Source: a virus
Taxonomy: Duplodnaviria > Caudoviricetes
IMG/VR virus record: IMGVR_UViG_3300011443_000019
Span: 1 to 48,474 of that record
Reading direction: 5' to 3' (one strand)
DNA length: 48,474 nt
Shown: positions 8,898 to 16,787 of the stretch, piece by piece
How the letters are laid out: every line of letters starts with the position of its first letter
Numbering within the stretch: the stretch's first letter is position 1
Made by a program: the position numbers and the translations under genes
The notes under the pieces: generated by a model
The model's input: only the letters and a program-made list of their open reading frames with translations
Database searches by the model: none
Told to the model about the DNA's origin: nothing

Positions 8898-9589
8898 AGA
8901 TCCCACTGTCGACCACGTTTGATCCATCGCAGGTCGATCGCGTGCGCGATCTGCTCGACGGTCGCGCGTGTGTCGTCGTCGGGTCCGCGCCGTTGAAGGG
9001 TCCGCCGGACCTGTCCGAGACAGACGTGGTCATTGCGGTCAACGGCGGGATCTCCAGCGTGCCGCGGGCGGTCGATCTCTGGGTCGTCGCCAGCCGGCCA
9101 CAGGACAAGCCGGGGAGCGGGCAGATCAAGCCCTTGCACAAGACGATGCTCCACCAATTGCACAAGACGATGCTCCACCAAGCCAAGGGGCGCACAGCTG
9201 GACACGTCCTGTTTCTGCGTGGGCCAAAGCACGCGAGCGAGGGCGACACGTTGGCGATGCTCGACGTGTTGGGCTGTCGGTATGCCTCGTGGTCCGTGCT
9301 CGACAAGCCGACGAAGCAGGGCCTCGAGAACGATCTCTGCGCGCGGCCGGGGAGCAAGGATCCGTGCTCGTCGGGGATTCTCGCGACGGCGATTGCGGTC
9401 TATTGCGGCGCGGCGTCCGTGCGGCTGGTCGGGTTCTCGCTCAGTCCGGGCTACCACTACTTGCCGAAGGAACGGCCACAGTCGTGGTGGCGGAACCACG
9501 TCGCAGCGGATCGGCGGGCGCTCAAGGCGCTCCGGGCGCGCTATGGGGCGACGTTGTCGGGGTCGATCCTGGAGGCGGTCGGGGCGTGA
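8894..9589 (+). CDS. GT29 sialyltransferase-like protein
   Basis: GTG start overlapping upstream stop; CVVVGSAP..DVVIAVN (sialylmotif L-like), CSSGILATAIA..VRLVGFS (S-like), YHY, terminal HxxxxD. Confidence 0.65.
   Translation: MKIPLSTTFDPSQVDRVRDLLDGRACVVVGSAPLKGPPDLSETDVVIAVNGGISSVPRAVDLWVVASRPQDKPGSGQIKPLHKTMLHQLHKTMLHQAKGRTAGHVLFLRGPKHASEGDTLAMLDVLGCRYASWSVLDKPTKQGLENDLCARPGSKDPCSSGILATAIAVYCGAASVRLVGFSLSPGYHYLPKERPQSWWRNHVAADRRALKALRARYGATLSGSILEAVGA
9134..9181 (+). repeat. Perfect 24-bp in-frame tandem duplication (LHKTMLHQ x2)
   Basis: TTGCACAAGACGATGCTCCACCAA at 9134-9157 and 9158-9181. Confidence 0.97.
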
Positions 9590-10212
9590 AAACCGTCATC
9601 TTCCTCGGCAAGCGGACGGCGCCCGGGTCGCCACGCGAGCGGTGGCCGGAGGCGGAACTCTGGGGCACGACCAACAGCAACGTGAAGTATGCGCAGAAGC
9701 GCGACAAGGAACGTCGCGTCATCGGGACGGTCGACGACTGGACGGCCTGGTGGGAACTCCACCCGTTCGGGCCGGTGCCCGGCTATGAGGGCGTCAAGCG
9801 CAAGCGTCCGGCGGCGTATCGCTGGTATCAGACCTTGCCCGGGCCGAATCAGCCTGGCTACCGGCCGCTGTGGTTGGCCGAACTCGATCCGACGATCCCG
9901 GCCGGCGTGTTGTTTCCGAAGGCGCGCGTGCTCGACGCCTTCAAGATTCCCGGCGAGGGCCACGGGTGGTTTACCTGCCAGGTCGATCTAATGATGGCCT
10001 ACGCGATCCTGGAGGGTTACGAGCACATCATCCTGCACGGGCACGGGGTGAGCCGCGAACTCAAGCACATGATCGACCACGTCGGGATCGTCTACTGGAT
10101 CGCTCTGGCACGCGAGCGCGGGATCAAGGTGACGGTCGTTGCGCCCTCGTGGTATCTCGCGCCGAAGAACCCCTACGGGGTCTCGGCCGGGGACTGGGGG
10201 CTGCGACGGTGA
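9586..10212 (+). CDS. Putative glycosyltransferase, divergent GT29/Maf-like fold
   Basis: GTG start; TVIFLG...ELWGTTN...FTCQVDLMMAYAILEGYEHIILHG parallels the motif order of the two upstream genes. Confidence 0.5.
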   Translation: MKTVIFLGKRTAPGSPRERWPEAELWGTTNSNVKYAQKRDKERRVIGTVDDWTAWWELHPFGPVPGYEGVKRKRPAAYRWYQTLPGPNQPGYRPLWLAELDPTIPAGVLFPKARVLDAFKIPGEGHGWFTCQVDLMMAYAILEGYEHIILHGHGVSRELKHMIDHVGIVYWIALARERGIKVTVVAPSWYLAPKNPYGVSAGDWGLRR

Positions 10213-10889
10213 AGCACAAGATCGGCTCGGCGGCGCACCTGGCGCATCGCTTTCTTGATCGCGGGGATGCCGTACTCGACATCGGCGCGGCCGACGGTGC
10301 CTATACGCGCGTCTACGCGGATCGCGTCGGACGCACGGGGTCCGTGCTCGCTGTGGAGCCGAATGTGCGACATCTCGGGCAACTGCTCGACGCCTGCGAG
10401 CCGATGCCGTGGGTATCGATCTGGTATGGAGCGGTGGGTCGCGATCGGCTCGGGCTAGGGTGGCTGCACGAAGACGCCGACGATCCGAAGCGGAGTTCGC
10501 TGTGGGCGTCGAATGTCTCACGACCCGGGCACGGCTACCACGTCGCGGTCACGACGGTGGATGCCCTGATCGAGACAATGCCGCAGCAGCCAAAGTTGAT
10601 TCAAGTCGACGCCCAAGGGGCCGAGGCCGACATCGTTGCGGGGGCGGGGAAGGCTTTAACGGCGCCGATCGTGTGGGTGCTCGAGATCTGGCGGGAGGGC
10701 CTCGCGAATGCCGGCGCCACCGTCGATGACGTGCTCCTGCCATTCGAGGTGCACGGCTACACGGCGCGGTCGATTGCGGGCGCGCGGATCGAGTGGGACG
10801 ACCTTCGGGAACAAGTCAGGCCACATCTCGGCGTGACACATGCGGATGTCGTGTTGGTGCCGGATGCGCTGAAGGGGGCGGACTGGTGA
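10209..10889 (+). CDS. FkbM-family SAM methyltransferase
   Basis: VLDIGAADG, VLAVEPN, TVDAL, LIQVDAQGAE motifs. Confidence 0.85.
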   Translation: MKHKIGSAAHLAHRFLDRGDAVLDIGAADGAYTRVYADRVGRTGSVLAVEPNVRHLGQLLDACEPMPWVSIWYGAVGRDRLGLGWLHEDADDPKRSSLWASNVSRPGHGYHVAVTTVDALIETMPQQPKLIQVDAQGAEADIVAGAGKALTAPIVWVLEIWREGLANAGATVDDVLLPFEVHGYTARSIAGARIEWDDLREQVRPHLGVTHADVVLVPDALKGADW

Positions 10890-11503
10890 ATCGGAAATGG
10901 TTCGCCCAGTCCGGTGAGGATCGCACGATCGCGCGGATCTTCCGGGAGATCGGCGTGCTGAATCGGTTCGCGGTGGAGTTCGGCGCCGCCGATGGCCGGC
11001 GGAAGTCGAACACGGCCTACTTCCGGGATCGCGGCTGGTCCTCGCGGCTCTTCGATGTCGACCCGCTCGACCCCGAAGTGCAACACGCGGACATCACCGC
11101 GGAGAACGTCAACGACATCTTCCGCGCCGCGGGCGTGCCGCAGACGTTTGACTTGCTCTCGATCGACATCGACGGCAACGACTTGTGGGTGTGGAAGGCC
11201 TTGACGTTCCGGCCGCGGGTGGTCGTCATCGAATACAACCCGAAGTGGTCGGCGTCGAAGTCGCGGACGGTGCCCTATGACCCGCGCCGTCGATGGGACG
11301 GCACAAACTTCTATGGAGCCAGTGCGTTAGCCCTTCGAAGGGTCGGGATCGAGAAGGGTTACGACTTGGTCGCCGCGACCCGGTCAAATCTGATCTTCGT
11401 GACGAAGGGCCTCCTGCCGGCGATCTCGGCATCGGAGGTGCGCCGGCCGGTCAAGATGAAGCGGAAGGATCCCGAGAAGCGGGCCTGGGAGATCTACGCA
11501 TGA
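10886..11503 (+). CDS. FkbM-like SAM methyltransferase
   Basis: AQSGED, VEFGAADG..SNT, DLLSIDIDGND, PRVVVIEYN motifs. Confidence 0.85.
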   Translation: MNRKWFAQSGEDRTIARIFREIGVLNRFAVEFGAADGRRKSNTAYFRDRGWSSRLFDVDPLDPEVQHADITAENVNDIFRAAGVPQTFDLLSIDIDGNDLWVWKALTFRPRVVVIEYNPKWSASKSRTVPYDPRRRWDGTNFYGASALALRRVGIEKGYDLVAATRSNLIFVTKGLLPAISASEVRRPVKMKRKDPEKRAWEIYA

Positions 11504-12507
11504 TCCAGGGGGATCCGCCCATTGTGCGCGACACGCGGGATCGGCTCAAGGCGTTGGGCGCGGGTCGGGGTCCGATCATCGTGGGGCCGTGGCTGTCTGA
11601 GATTGGCTTCGAACTTCTCTACTGGATTCCGTTCCTCCGGTGGGCCTGTGCCTTCGCCAAGCTGCGCCGCGACGACCTGTGGATCGTCTCGCGGGGCGGC
11701 TGTCGCTCGTGGTATGCGGACATCGGCGCGCACTATGTCGACGTGTTCGACTTCTACACGCCTGAGCAGTTCCGCGCGGGGAATGCGCGACGGATCGCGG
11801 AACAGGCCCACCGGGCGCTGTCCTTGGGACTCCGGGAGGGGTTGACGTCGACCAAGCAACACACGCTGACGGCGTTCGACCGGGACATCCTCGGGCGCGT
11901 CAATCTGCCGAATGCGCGTGTCTTGCATCCGTCGACGATGTATGGCGTGTTCCGATCGTTCTGGCGGCGGCAAACCCCGTCACTCTACGACCAGATCACG
12001 GCACCTACCCGCTTGCGCACGGCGACCCGCGCCGAGGGCCTGCCGGCCGCCTACGTCGCCGCGAAGTTCTATGCCTCGGCCGCCTGCTCGCAATCTCCGC
12101 TCCATGCGCAGATGGTGAACGCCATCGTGCGTGCGACGGTCAAAACGACCGACGTCGTGCTCCTGCACACGGGGACGAAGTTCGACGAGCATGGGGAGTT
12201 CGCGATCGAGCCGCACCCGCGCGTGCATCGCGTGGCGATGGATCCGGCGACGAACCTCGAGACGCAGACGGCGGTCCTCGCGGGCGCGTCGGGGTTCGTG
12301 GGCACGTATGGCGGGTTCGCGTATCTCGCGCCGTTCCTCGGCGTGCCGACCCGGACGTTCTATGCGCAGGCGAATTTCAGGAAGGATCACCGCCGCGTGA
12401 TCGATCAGGTCTGCGCGACGAAGCTCCGGACCAAGTTCAGCGTCGAACTGATCGATGGCGGCCTCGCGCAGAAGGCCCAACGGCGGCGGGTGCGGTATGC
12501 GGCCTAA
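11500..12507 (+). CDS. Putative GT-B type glycosyltransferase
   Basis: ATG at 11500; GPWLSEIGFELLYWIPFLR N-terminus and GT9-like C-terminus (QTAVLAGASGFVGTYGGFAYLAPFLGVP). Confidence 0.55.
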   Translation: MIQGDPPIVRDTRDRLKALGAGRGPIIVGPWLSEIGFELLYWIPFLRWACAFAKLRRDDLWIVSRGGCRSWYADIGAHYVDVFDFYTPEQFRAGNARRIAEQAHRALSLGLREGLTSTKQHTLTAFDRDILGRVNLPNARVLHPSTMYGVFRSFWRRQTPSLYDQITAPTRLRTATRAEGLPAAYVAAKFYASAACSQSPLHAQMVNAIVRATVKTTDVVLLHTGTKFDEHGEFAIEPHPRVHRVAMDPATNLETQTAVLAGASGFVGTYGGFAYLAPFLGVPTRTFYAQANFRKDHRRVIDQVCATKLRTKFSVELIDGGLAQKAQRRRVRYAA

Positions 12508-13072
12508 TCTCTACGCGCCTGGGTCGCCGTATCACCAGAACCGTCGCTGGACGCATCCGCACTCGCTCCGGTGCCTGCAGGCGGCGATCGCGGTCCTGGG
12601 CAAGCCGGACAGCCTGATCGATGTCGGCTGTGCGGAAGGGGTGCATGTGGCGTGGGCAAAGGCGAACGGAATCGAGGCGATGGGGATCGATCTCGCCGTG
12701 CCGGAAGGGGATCCCGCACTGGTCCGCGCCGATCTCTGTCGCCCGATCGATGTGGGCGCGCGGTTCGACTGGGTGCTGTGTTGGGAAGTCGCGGAACATC
12801 TGCCCGCCGAGGCGGCCGTGACGCTCGTCGACACGCTCGTGCGGCACATGCGGCCGACGGGGCGGATCCTGTTCACGGCGGCCGGGCCGGGGCAACGGGG
12901 ACCGGGGCATGTGCATTGCGCGGAGCCGTGGTTCTGGCAAGACCTCTTCCGGTCGCACGGGTTGACGTTCGCGGAGGCGTTGACGGCGACCCTGCGGAAG
13001 CGATGGGCGACGTGCTCTCCGCTCACGCCGTGGTATGCGAAAAATGCGATGTTGTTCTGGAGGCAAGCGTGA
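12497..13072 (+). CDS. Class I SAM methyltransferase
   Basis: LIDVGCAEG, GIDL, FDWVLCWEVAEHL, ILFTAAGPGQRGPGHV motifs. Confidence 0.88.
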   Translation: MRPNLYAPGSPYHQNRRWTHPHSLRCLQAAIAVLGKPDSLIDVGCAEGVHVAWAKANGIEAMGIDLAVPEGDPALVRADLCRPIDVGARFDWVLCWEVAEHLPAEAAVTLVDTLVRHMRPTGRILFTAAGPGQRGPGHVHCAEPWFWQDLFRSHGLTFAEALTATLRKRWATCSPLTPWYAKNAMLFWRQA

Positions 13073-13782
13073 AGATTCTCTTCACGATGCGCACGGCTGA
13101 TAGGGCACCAAAGCCGAACTATCTGCGGGCGACGGTGGGGAGCCTCTATCACCACGGCGTGAGGGACATTCACGTCTTCCCGACCGATCCAGACATCACG
13201 TGGATGCGGCCTCATCCCTACGCGACGCTGCATCAACCGGACAAGCGGGTTCGGGCGAACGAGAACGGACTACGGCCGATCGCCTTGCTCGACACGATCG
13301 ACGCCGACTGGATCATCCTGAGCGAAGACGACCTGGAATGGTGCGCCGATCCGATCGGGAGTATGTCTCGATGGTTGGACGAGTTCAGCACGTCGGATGT
13401 CCTGATGTATCGGTTCTTCGCGTTCGACCAGTTGACGCAAGTGAGCGCCCACGCAGCGACGGCACCGCTCCGAGAGCAGAAGGGATCGCAAGCGGTCGCT
13501 CTCCGCGCGGACGATGCGCGCCGGTTCGCGGCCTGGGCTACGGCGCATCCGCTCGACTGGCGGCCCAAGGGAGCGCCGTTTCAGGACCGCCCGCACGACG
13601 GATTCGACAAGCTGCTCGGCTACTGGGCGCTCCAGGATCGGCCGGACGTGACGACCGGCCTCGTCTCGCGGCCGTTCTTCGTGCGACATATGGGCGTGCA
13701 CAGTAGCCTCCATATTCGCGGCCGAATGATGGATCGGCAGTTCACGGGCCGCGCGTATGAACCGGAGGCCGTATGGCGCTAG
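13069..13782 (+). CDS. Putative GT-A fold glycosyltransferase
   Basis: GTG start; RxxxPNYLRATV, WIILSEDD acidic motif, FDKLL, VRHMGVHSS. Confidence 0.65.
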   Translation: MKILFTMRTADRAPKPNYLRATVGSLYHHGVRDIHVFPTDPDITWMRPHPYATLHQPDKRVRANENGLRPIALLDTIDADWIILSEDDLEWCADPIGSMSRWLDEFSTSDVLMYRFFAFDQLTQVSAHAATAPLREQKGSQAVALRADDARRFAAWATAHPLDWRPKGAPFQDRPHDGFDKLLGYWALQDRPDVTTGLVSRPFFVRHMGVHSSLHIRGRMMDRQFTGRAYEPEAVWR

Positions 13783-14102
13783 TCACCTACGCTCAGGCGG
13801 TGCGGCATCTGAAGCAGAACGGCGTCATGGATGTAGGATCGCCGGTCGAAGAGGATACCGATCTGCTTCTGAAGATCGAGCAAGCCTCAGCCATCGTCCT
13901 GATCTATCTCAAGCGGCCGGGGGAATGGGACGTGGATTCCCTCATCTCGGACGATCCCGAGTTCGCGGTCGTGCAAGGGGCGGTGCTCAAGGTGCTCGGG
14001 AACCTCTATCGGTTCCGGGGCGATGACGAGAAGGCGAATGCGCCTATCTCGGAGGACATCGTCCAGATGTTGAGCATGTTACGTGATCCGGCATTGGCAT
14101 GA
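13773..14102 (+). CDS. Head-tail connector (HK97 gp6-like)
   Basis: LVTYAQAVRHLK...AVLKVLGNLYRFR...LRDPALA; position. Confidence 0.88.
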   Translation: MALVTYAQAVRHLKQNGVMDVGSPVEEDTDLLLKIEQASAIVLIYLKRPGEWDVDSLISDDPEFAVVQGAVLKVLGNLYRFRGDDEKANAPISEDIVQMLSMLRDPALA

Positions 14103-14446
14103 ATGGTTCCGGCACGCGCGATCGCTGGATCACGGTCCAGGGGATGACCGAGAGCGTCGGCGCGTCACGGCGTCCGGTGGAGTCCTGGGACACGCTATTC
14201 CAAGTCTGGGCGATGAAAACGGACGCCGGCGGGCGGGAACGGCTCGTCGCCGATCAGTTGTCGGCACCCTACGACACGCGATGGGAACTGCCCTATGCGG
14301 CGGCCCTCGACCCGGAACTCGTCGACGTGCGCAAGCATCGGCGGATCGTGGTGAACGGCCGCATACACGACATCGTCTCGGCGCAAGAGATCGGGCGGAA
14401 ACGGGGCGTCCAGGTGATGACGCTGGCGGGGGGCCTGCTCACATGA
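14099..14446 (+). CDS. Head closure/adaptor (SPP1 gp16-like)
   Basis: RDRWITVQ, VWA, GRE, RIVVNGRIHDI motifs. Confidence 0.88.
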   Translation: MNGSGTRDRWITVQGMTESVGASRRPVESWDTLFQVWAMKTDAGGRERLVADQLSAPYDTRWELPYAAALDPELVDVRKHRRIVVNGRIHDIVSAQEIGRKRGVQVMTLAGGLLT

Positions 14447-14544
14447 ACCTCTTCACGGCCTCGCCGGATGTGATGGTCGGGTTCGTGTTCGGCGTTCTGG
14501 CGACGTTGTTCATCATGGGCGCGTTGATTTGGTGGCATCTATGA
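14443..14544 (+). CDS. 33-aa single-TM membrane peptide
   Basis: MNLFTASPDVMVGFVFGVLATLFIMGALIWWHL; ATGA overlaps at both ends. Confidence 0.65.
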   Translation: MNLFTASPDVMVGFVFGVLATLFIMGALIWWHL

Positions 14545-15035
14545 GGCTGGCGCTGACACTCGACGGCACGGGCGATCTGCTCAAGCGCCTCCAGTCGTTG
14601 CCGGCCGCCACGTCCGCGTCCGTGCAACGGAAGGCCCTGCTCGCGGGCGCGGTGCCGATTCAGGAGCACGCGGCGTCGATTGCGCCTCGGGATGAGTCGT
14701 CGAGCGGGCCGCACCTGGCCGACAACATCGTGATCGGCGTGCAGTCGGCGCGCAAGCTGAAACAGTCTGGCCTCGGCGCGGCGGAACTCGACATTGCGCA
14801 ATCTGGCATGGTTGTCGAAGTCGGGCCGGCGTTGCAGCCGTCCGATCACTTCTACGGGTATTTCCAGGAGTTCGGGACGGTGCATCATGCGGCGCAGCCC
14901 TACATGCGGCCGGCGTTCGACACGCAGAAGCATCGCAGCCTGGCGGTGGTGATTGCGGCCATGTGGGAGGCGATCCGGAAGGCGTTGCCGCAATCGTTCC
15001 CGGGCGGTCGGAGCGCGACGGGCGGACACCTGTGA
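14541..15035 (+). CDS. HK97 gp10-like neck/tail completion protein
   Basis: FYGYFQEFGTVHHAAQPYMRPAFD motif. Confidence 0.92.
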   Translation: MRLALTLDGTGDLLKRLQSLPAATSASVQRKALLAGAVPIQEHAASIAPRDESSSGPHLADNIVIGVQSARKLKQSGLGAAELDIAQSGMVVEVGPALQPSDHFYGYFQEFGTVHHAAQPYMRPAFDTQKHRSLAVVIAAMWEAIRKALPQSFPGGRSATGGHL

Positions 15036-15481
15036 CCGAAGTCGACGTGATCGAACGGCTCGAGCAAGTGTCCGCCGTGACGAACGTCGTCAGCGATCGG
15101 CTGTATGCGGTCAATCCGCCACAGCAGCCGACGACGCCATACGTGCGTGTGCAGCGCATTTCGAGTCCACTCGATCAGCACTTGCGCGGGCCGGGGTATC
15201 CGGCGCAATGGCGGTTCCAGGTGGACTGTTGTGATGCCGACGGCGACGGCAAGGATCCGCTCGGCACAGTCGATGCCCTCGCGGCGGCGGTGATCGGCGA
15301 TGGTCTGGGGCCTGGGGCCAGTGGGTTATTCGGGTGGATGGGACAACTCGGGGGCAGCCCGGTGCGGTTCAACGTGCGGAACGTGGAACTCCTGCACGCG
15401 GGGGATCGCGAGTTCTTCCCGGAGGAAATGCGGATGGTGCGGGTGCGAACGGACTTTCTGTTCCATTGGAGCCCGGCCTAA
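15032..15481 (+). CDS. Tail terminator (DUF3168-like)
   Basis: GTG start; DRLYAVNPPQQPTTPYVRVQRIS, RFQVDC; position before tail tube. Confidence 0.82.
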   Translation: MTEVDVIERLEQVSAVTNVVSDRLYAVNPPQQPTTPYVRVQRISSPLDQHLRGPGYPAQWRFQVDCCDADGDGKDPLGTVDALAAAVIGDGLGPGASGLFGWMGQLGGSPVRFNVRNVELLHAGDREFFPEEMRMVRVRTDFLFHWSPA

Positions 15482-15554
15482 CAAGCGGCGAGCGCGCGTG
15501 GCGGTGAGCCCGCGCCAGTAGAGAGCGAACCACCGTCACACAGGAGAAGCAGCA

Positions 15555-16064
15555 ATGGCCGACAGAACCGATACTTTTTACGCCGCTGAAGAAGCCGTCA
15601 GCGGCTACGGATCGCAATTGATGGTGGGCGACGGCTCGAGCCCGGAGCAGTTCGAAGCCATCGCCACGATCACCACGATCACGCCTGGGTCCATGACCAC
15701 GGCGGACATCCTCCGGACGCATCTCCGTAGCCCGGACGCGCATCAGGAGCACATGCCCGGCCTCCGCGACTCGGCGGCCTTCACCTGTGAGGGGGTGTGG
15801 CTCCCGGAGGAACAGAGCCAGTCGAATGCGGGCGGCGGCACGGGGCCATTTGCGACGGGCGGCCTCGTGGCGCACTGGCGCGATCGGCAGGTGCGGAACT
15901 ACAAGATCGTCATCATGAAAGCGGCTGGCAGCCCGGCCAATATCGAGTGGCCGTTCCGCGCCTACGTCTCACAGTTCCAGCCTGGTTCGATCACGGGGAA
16001 CGACAAGGTGAACTTCACGGCCGGATTCCAGCCGACGGCGGCGTATGACGCGAGCCTGCCCTAA
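15555..16064 (+). CDS. Major tail (tube) protein
   Basis: AGGAG RBS; THLRSPDAHQEHMPGLRD, RNYKI, FRAYV, lambda-V-like pattern. Confidence 0.9.
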   Translation: MADRTDTFYAAEEAVSGYGSQLMVGDGSSPEQFEAIATITTITPGSMTTADILRTHLRSPDAHQEHMPGLRDSAAFTCEGVWLPEEQSQSNAGGGTGPFATGGLVAHWRDRQVRNYKIVIMKAAGSPANIEWPFRAYVSQFQPGSITGNDKVNFTAGFQPTAAYDASLP

Positions 16065-16074
16065 TAGGTAAGCC

Positions 16075-16470
16075 ATGGCGAATCCGGAAAAAGGGGAAGT
16101 CGGGATCGTGGTCGGGGGCAAGTCGTATATCTTGCGCCCGGCCTTCAACTCCGTCTGTGAACTCGAAGATCTCGTCGGGAAGCCGCACACCGTGATCGAA
16201 GCGGAGATCAAGTCGGGGCGGCTGTCCGGCCTGCGGGCGGTCGTCTGGTGCTTACTCCACGACGTGCATCGGCACGAGATCAGGACGCTTGAGGACGCGG
16301 CCAAGTGGATTATCGCGGCTGGTGGTCCTGGGGTCGTGATGGACCTGGTGACGCGGGTCTTCACGCTGAACGAACCCGAGACGCCACAGGAGCCCGCGGC
16401 GGACCCTCCGACGGCTCAGGCGGATGGAACTGGCGAGCCCTCATCGTCGGTGCTCGTCGGATCGGTCTGA
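16075..16470 (+). CDS. Tail assembly chaperone (G-like)
   Basis: MANPEKGEV..YILRPAFNSVCELE (GTA gp10-like); between tube and tape measure. Confidence 0.85.
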   Translation: MANPEKGEVGIVVGGKSYILRPAFNSVCELEDLVGKPHTVIEAEIKSGRLSGLRAVVWCLLHDVHRHEIRTLEDAAKWIIAAGGPGVVMDLVTRVFTLNEPETPQEPAADPPTAQADGTGEPSSSVLVGSV

Positions 16471-16787
16471 GCCAGGACCAGTTCTGGCGGATGACGCCGC
16501 GGGAGTATTACCGGGAAAGTGAGGCGGCCCGGGAGCGGTTCCGCCTGGAGGCCGATCGGGATCTCGCCACGTCGTGGTATGGCGCGGCGTTCTACGCGCA
16601 GGCGATGGTCGGGAAGTTGCCGAGTCTACGGGATGCACTCGCGCGGAGTCGAGGGGAGTCGGGACAGCAAACGGTGGAACAGCAACTCGCACAACTGACG
16701 ACCTTGAGCAAACTGACCGGATACAAACTCCGTCCGGCGAGCCCGGAGACGCTGGCGAAGCTGCGGCCCGTGAGGGTGCATGGCTAA
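16305..16787 (+). CDS. Tail assembly chaperone extension (T-like), probably made by -1 frameshift
   Basis: -1 frame relative to upstream gene; GLSQDQFWRMTPRE motif; true start uncertain. Confidence 0.75.
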   Translation: MDYRGWWSWGRDGPGDAGLHAERTRDATGARGGPSDGSGGWNWRALIVGARRIGLSQDQFWRMTPREYYRESEAARERFRLEADRDLATSWYGAAFYAQAMVGKLPSLRDALARSRGESGQQTVEQQLAQLTTLSKLTGYKLRPASPETLAKLRPVRVHG

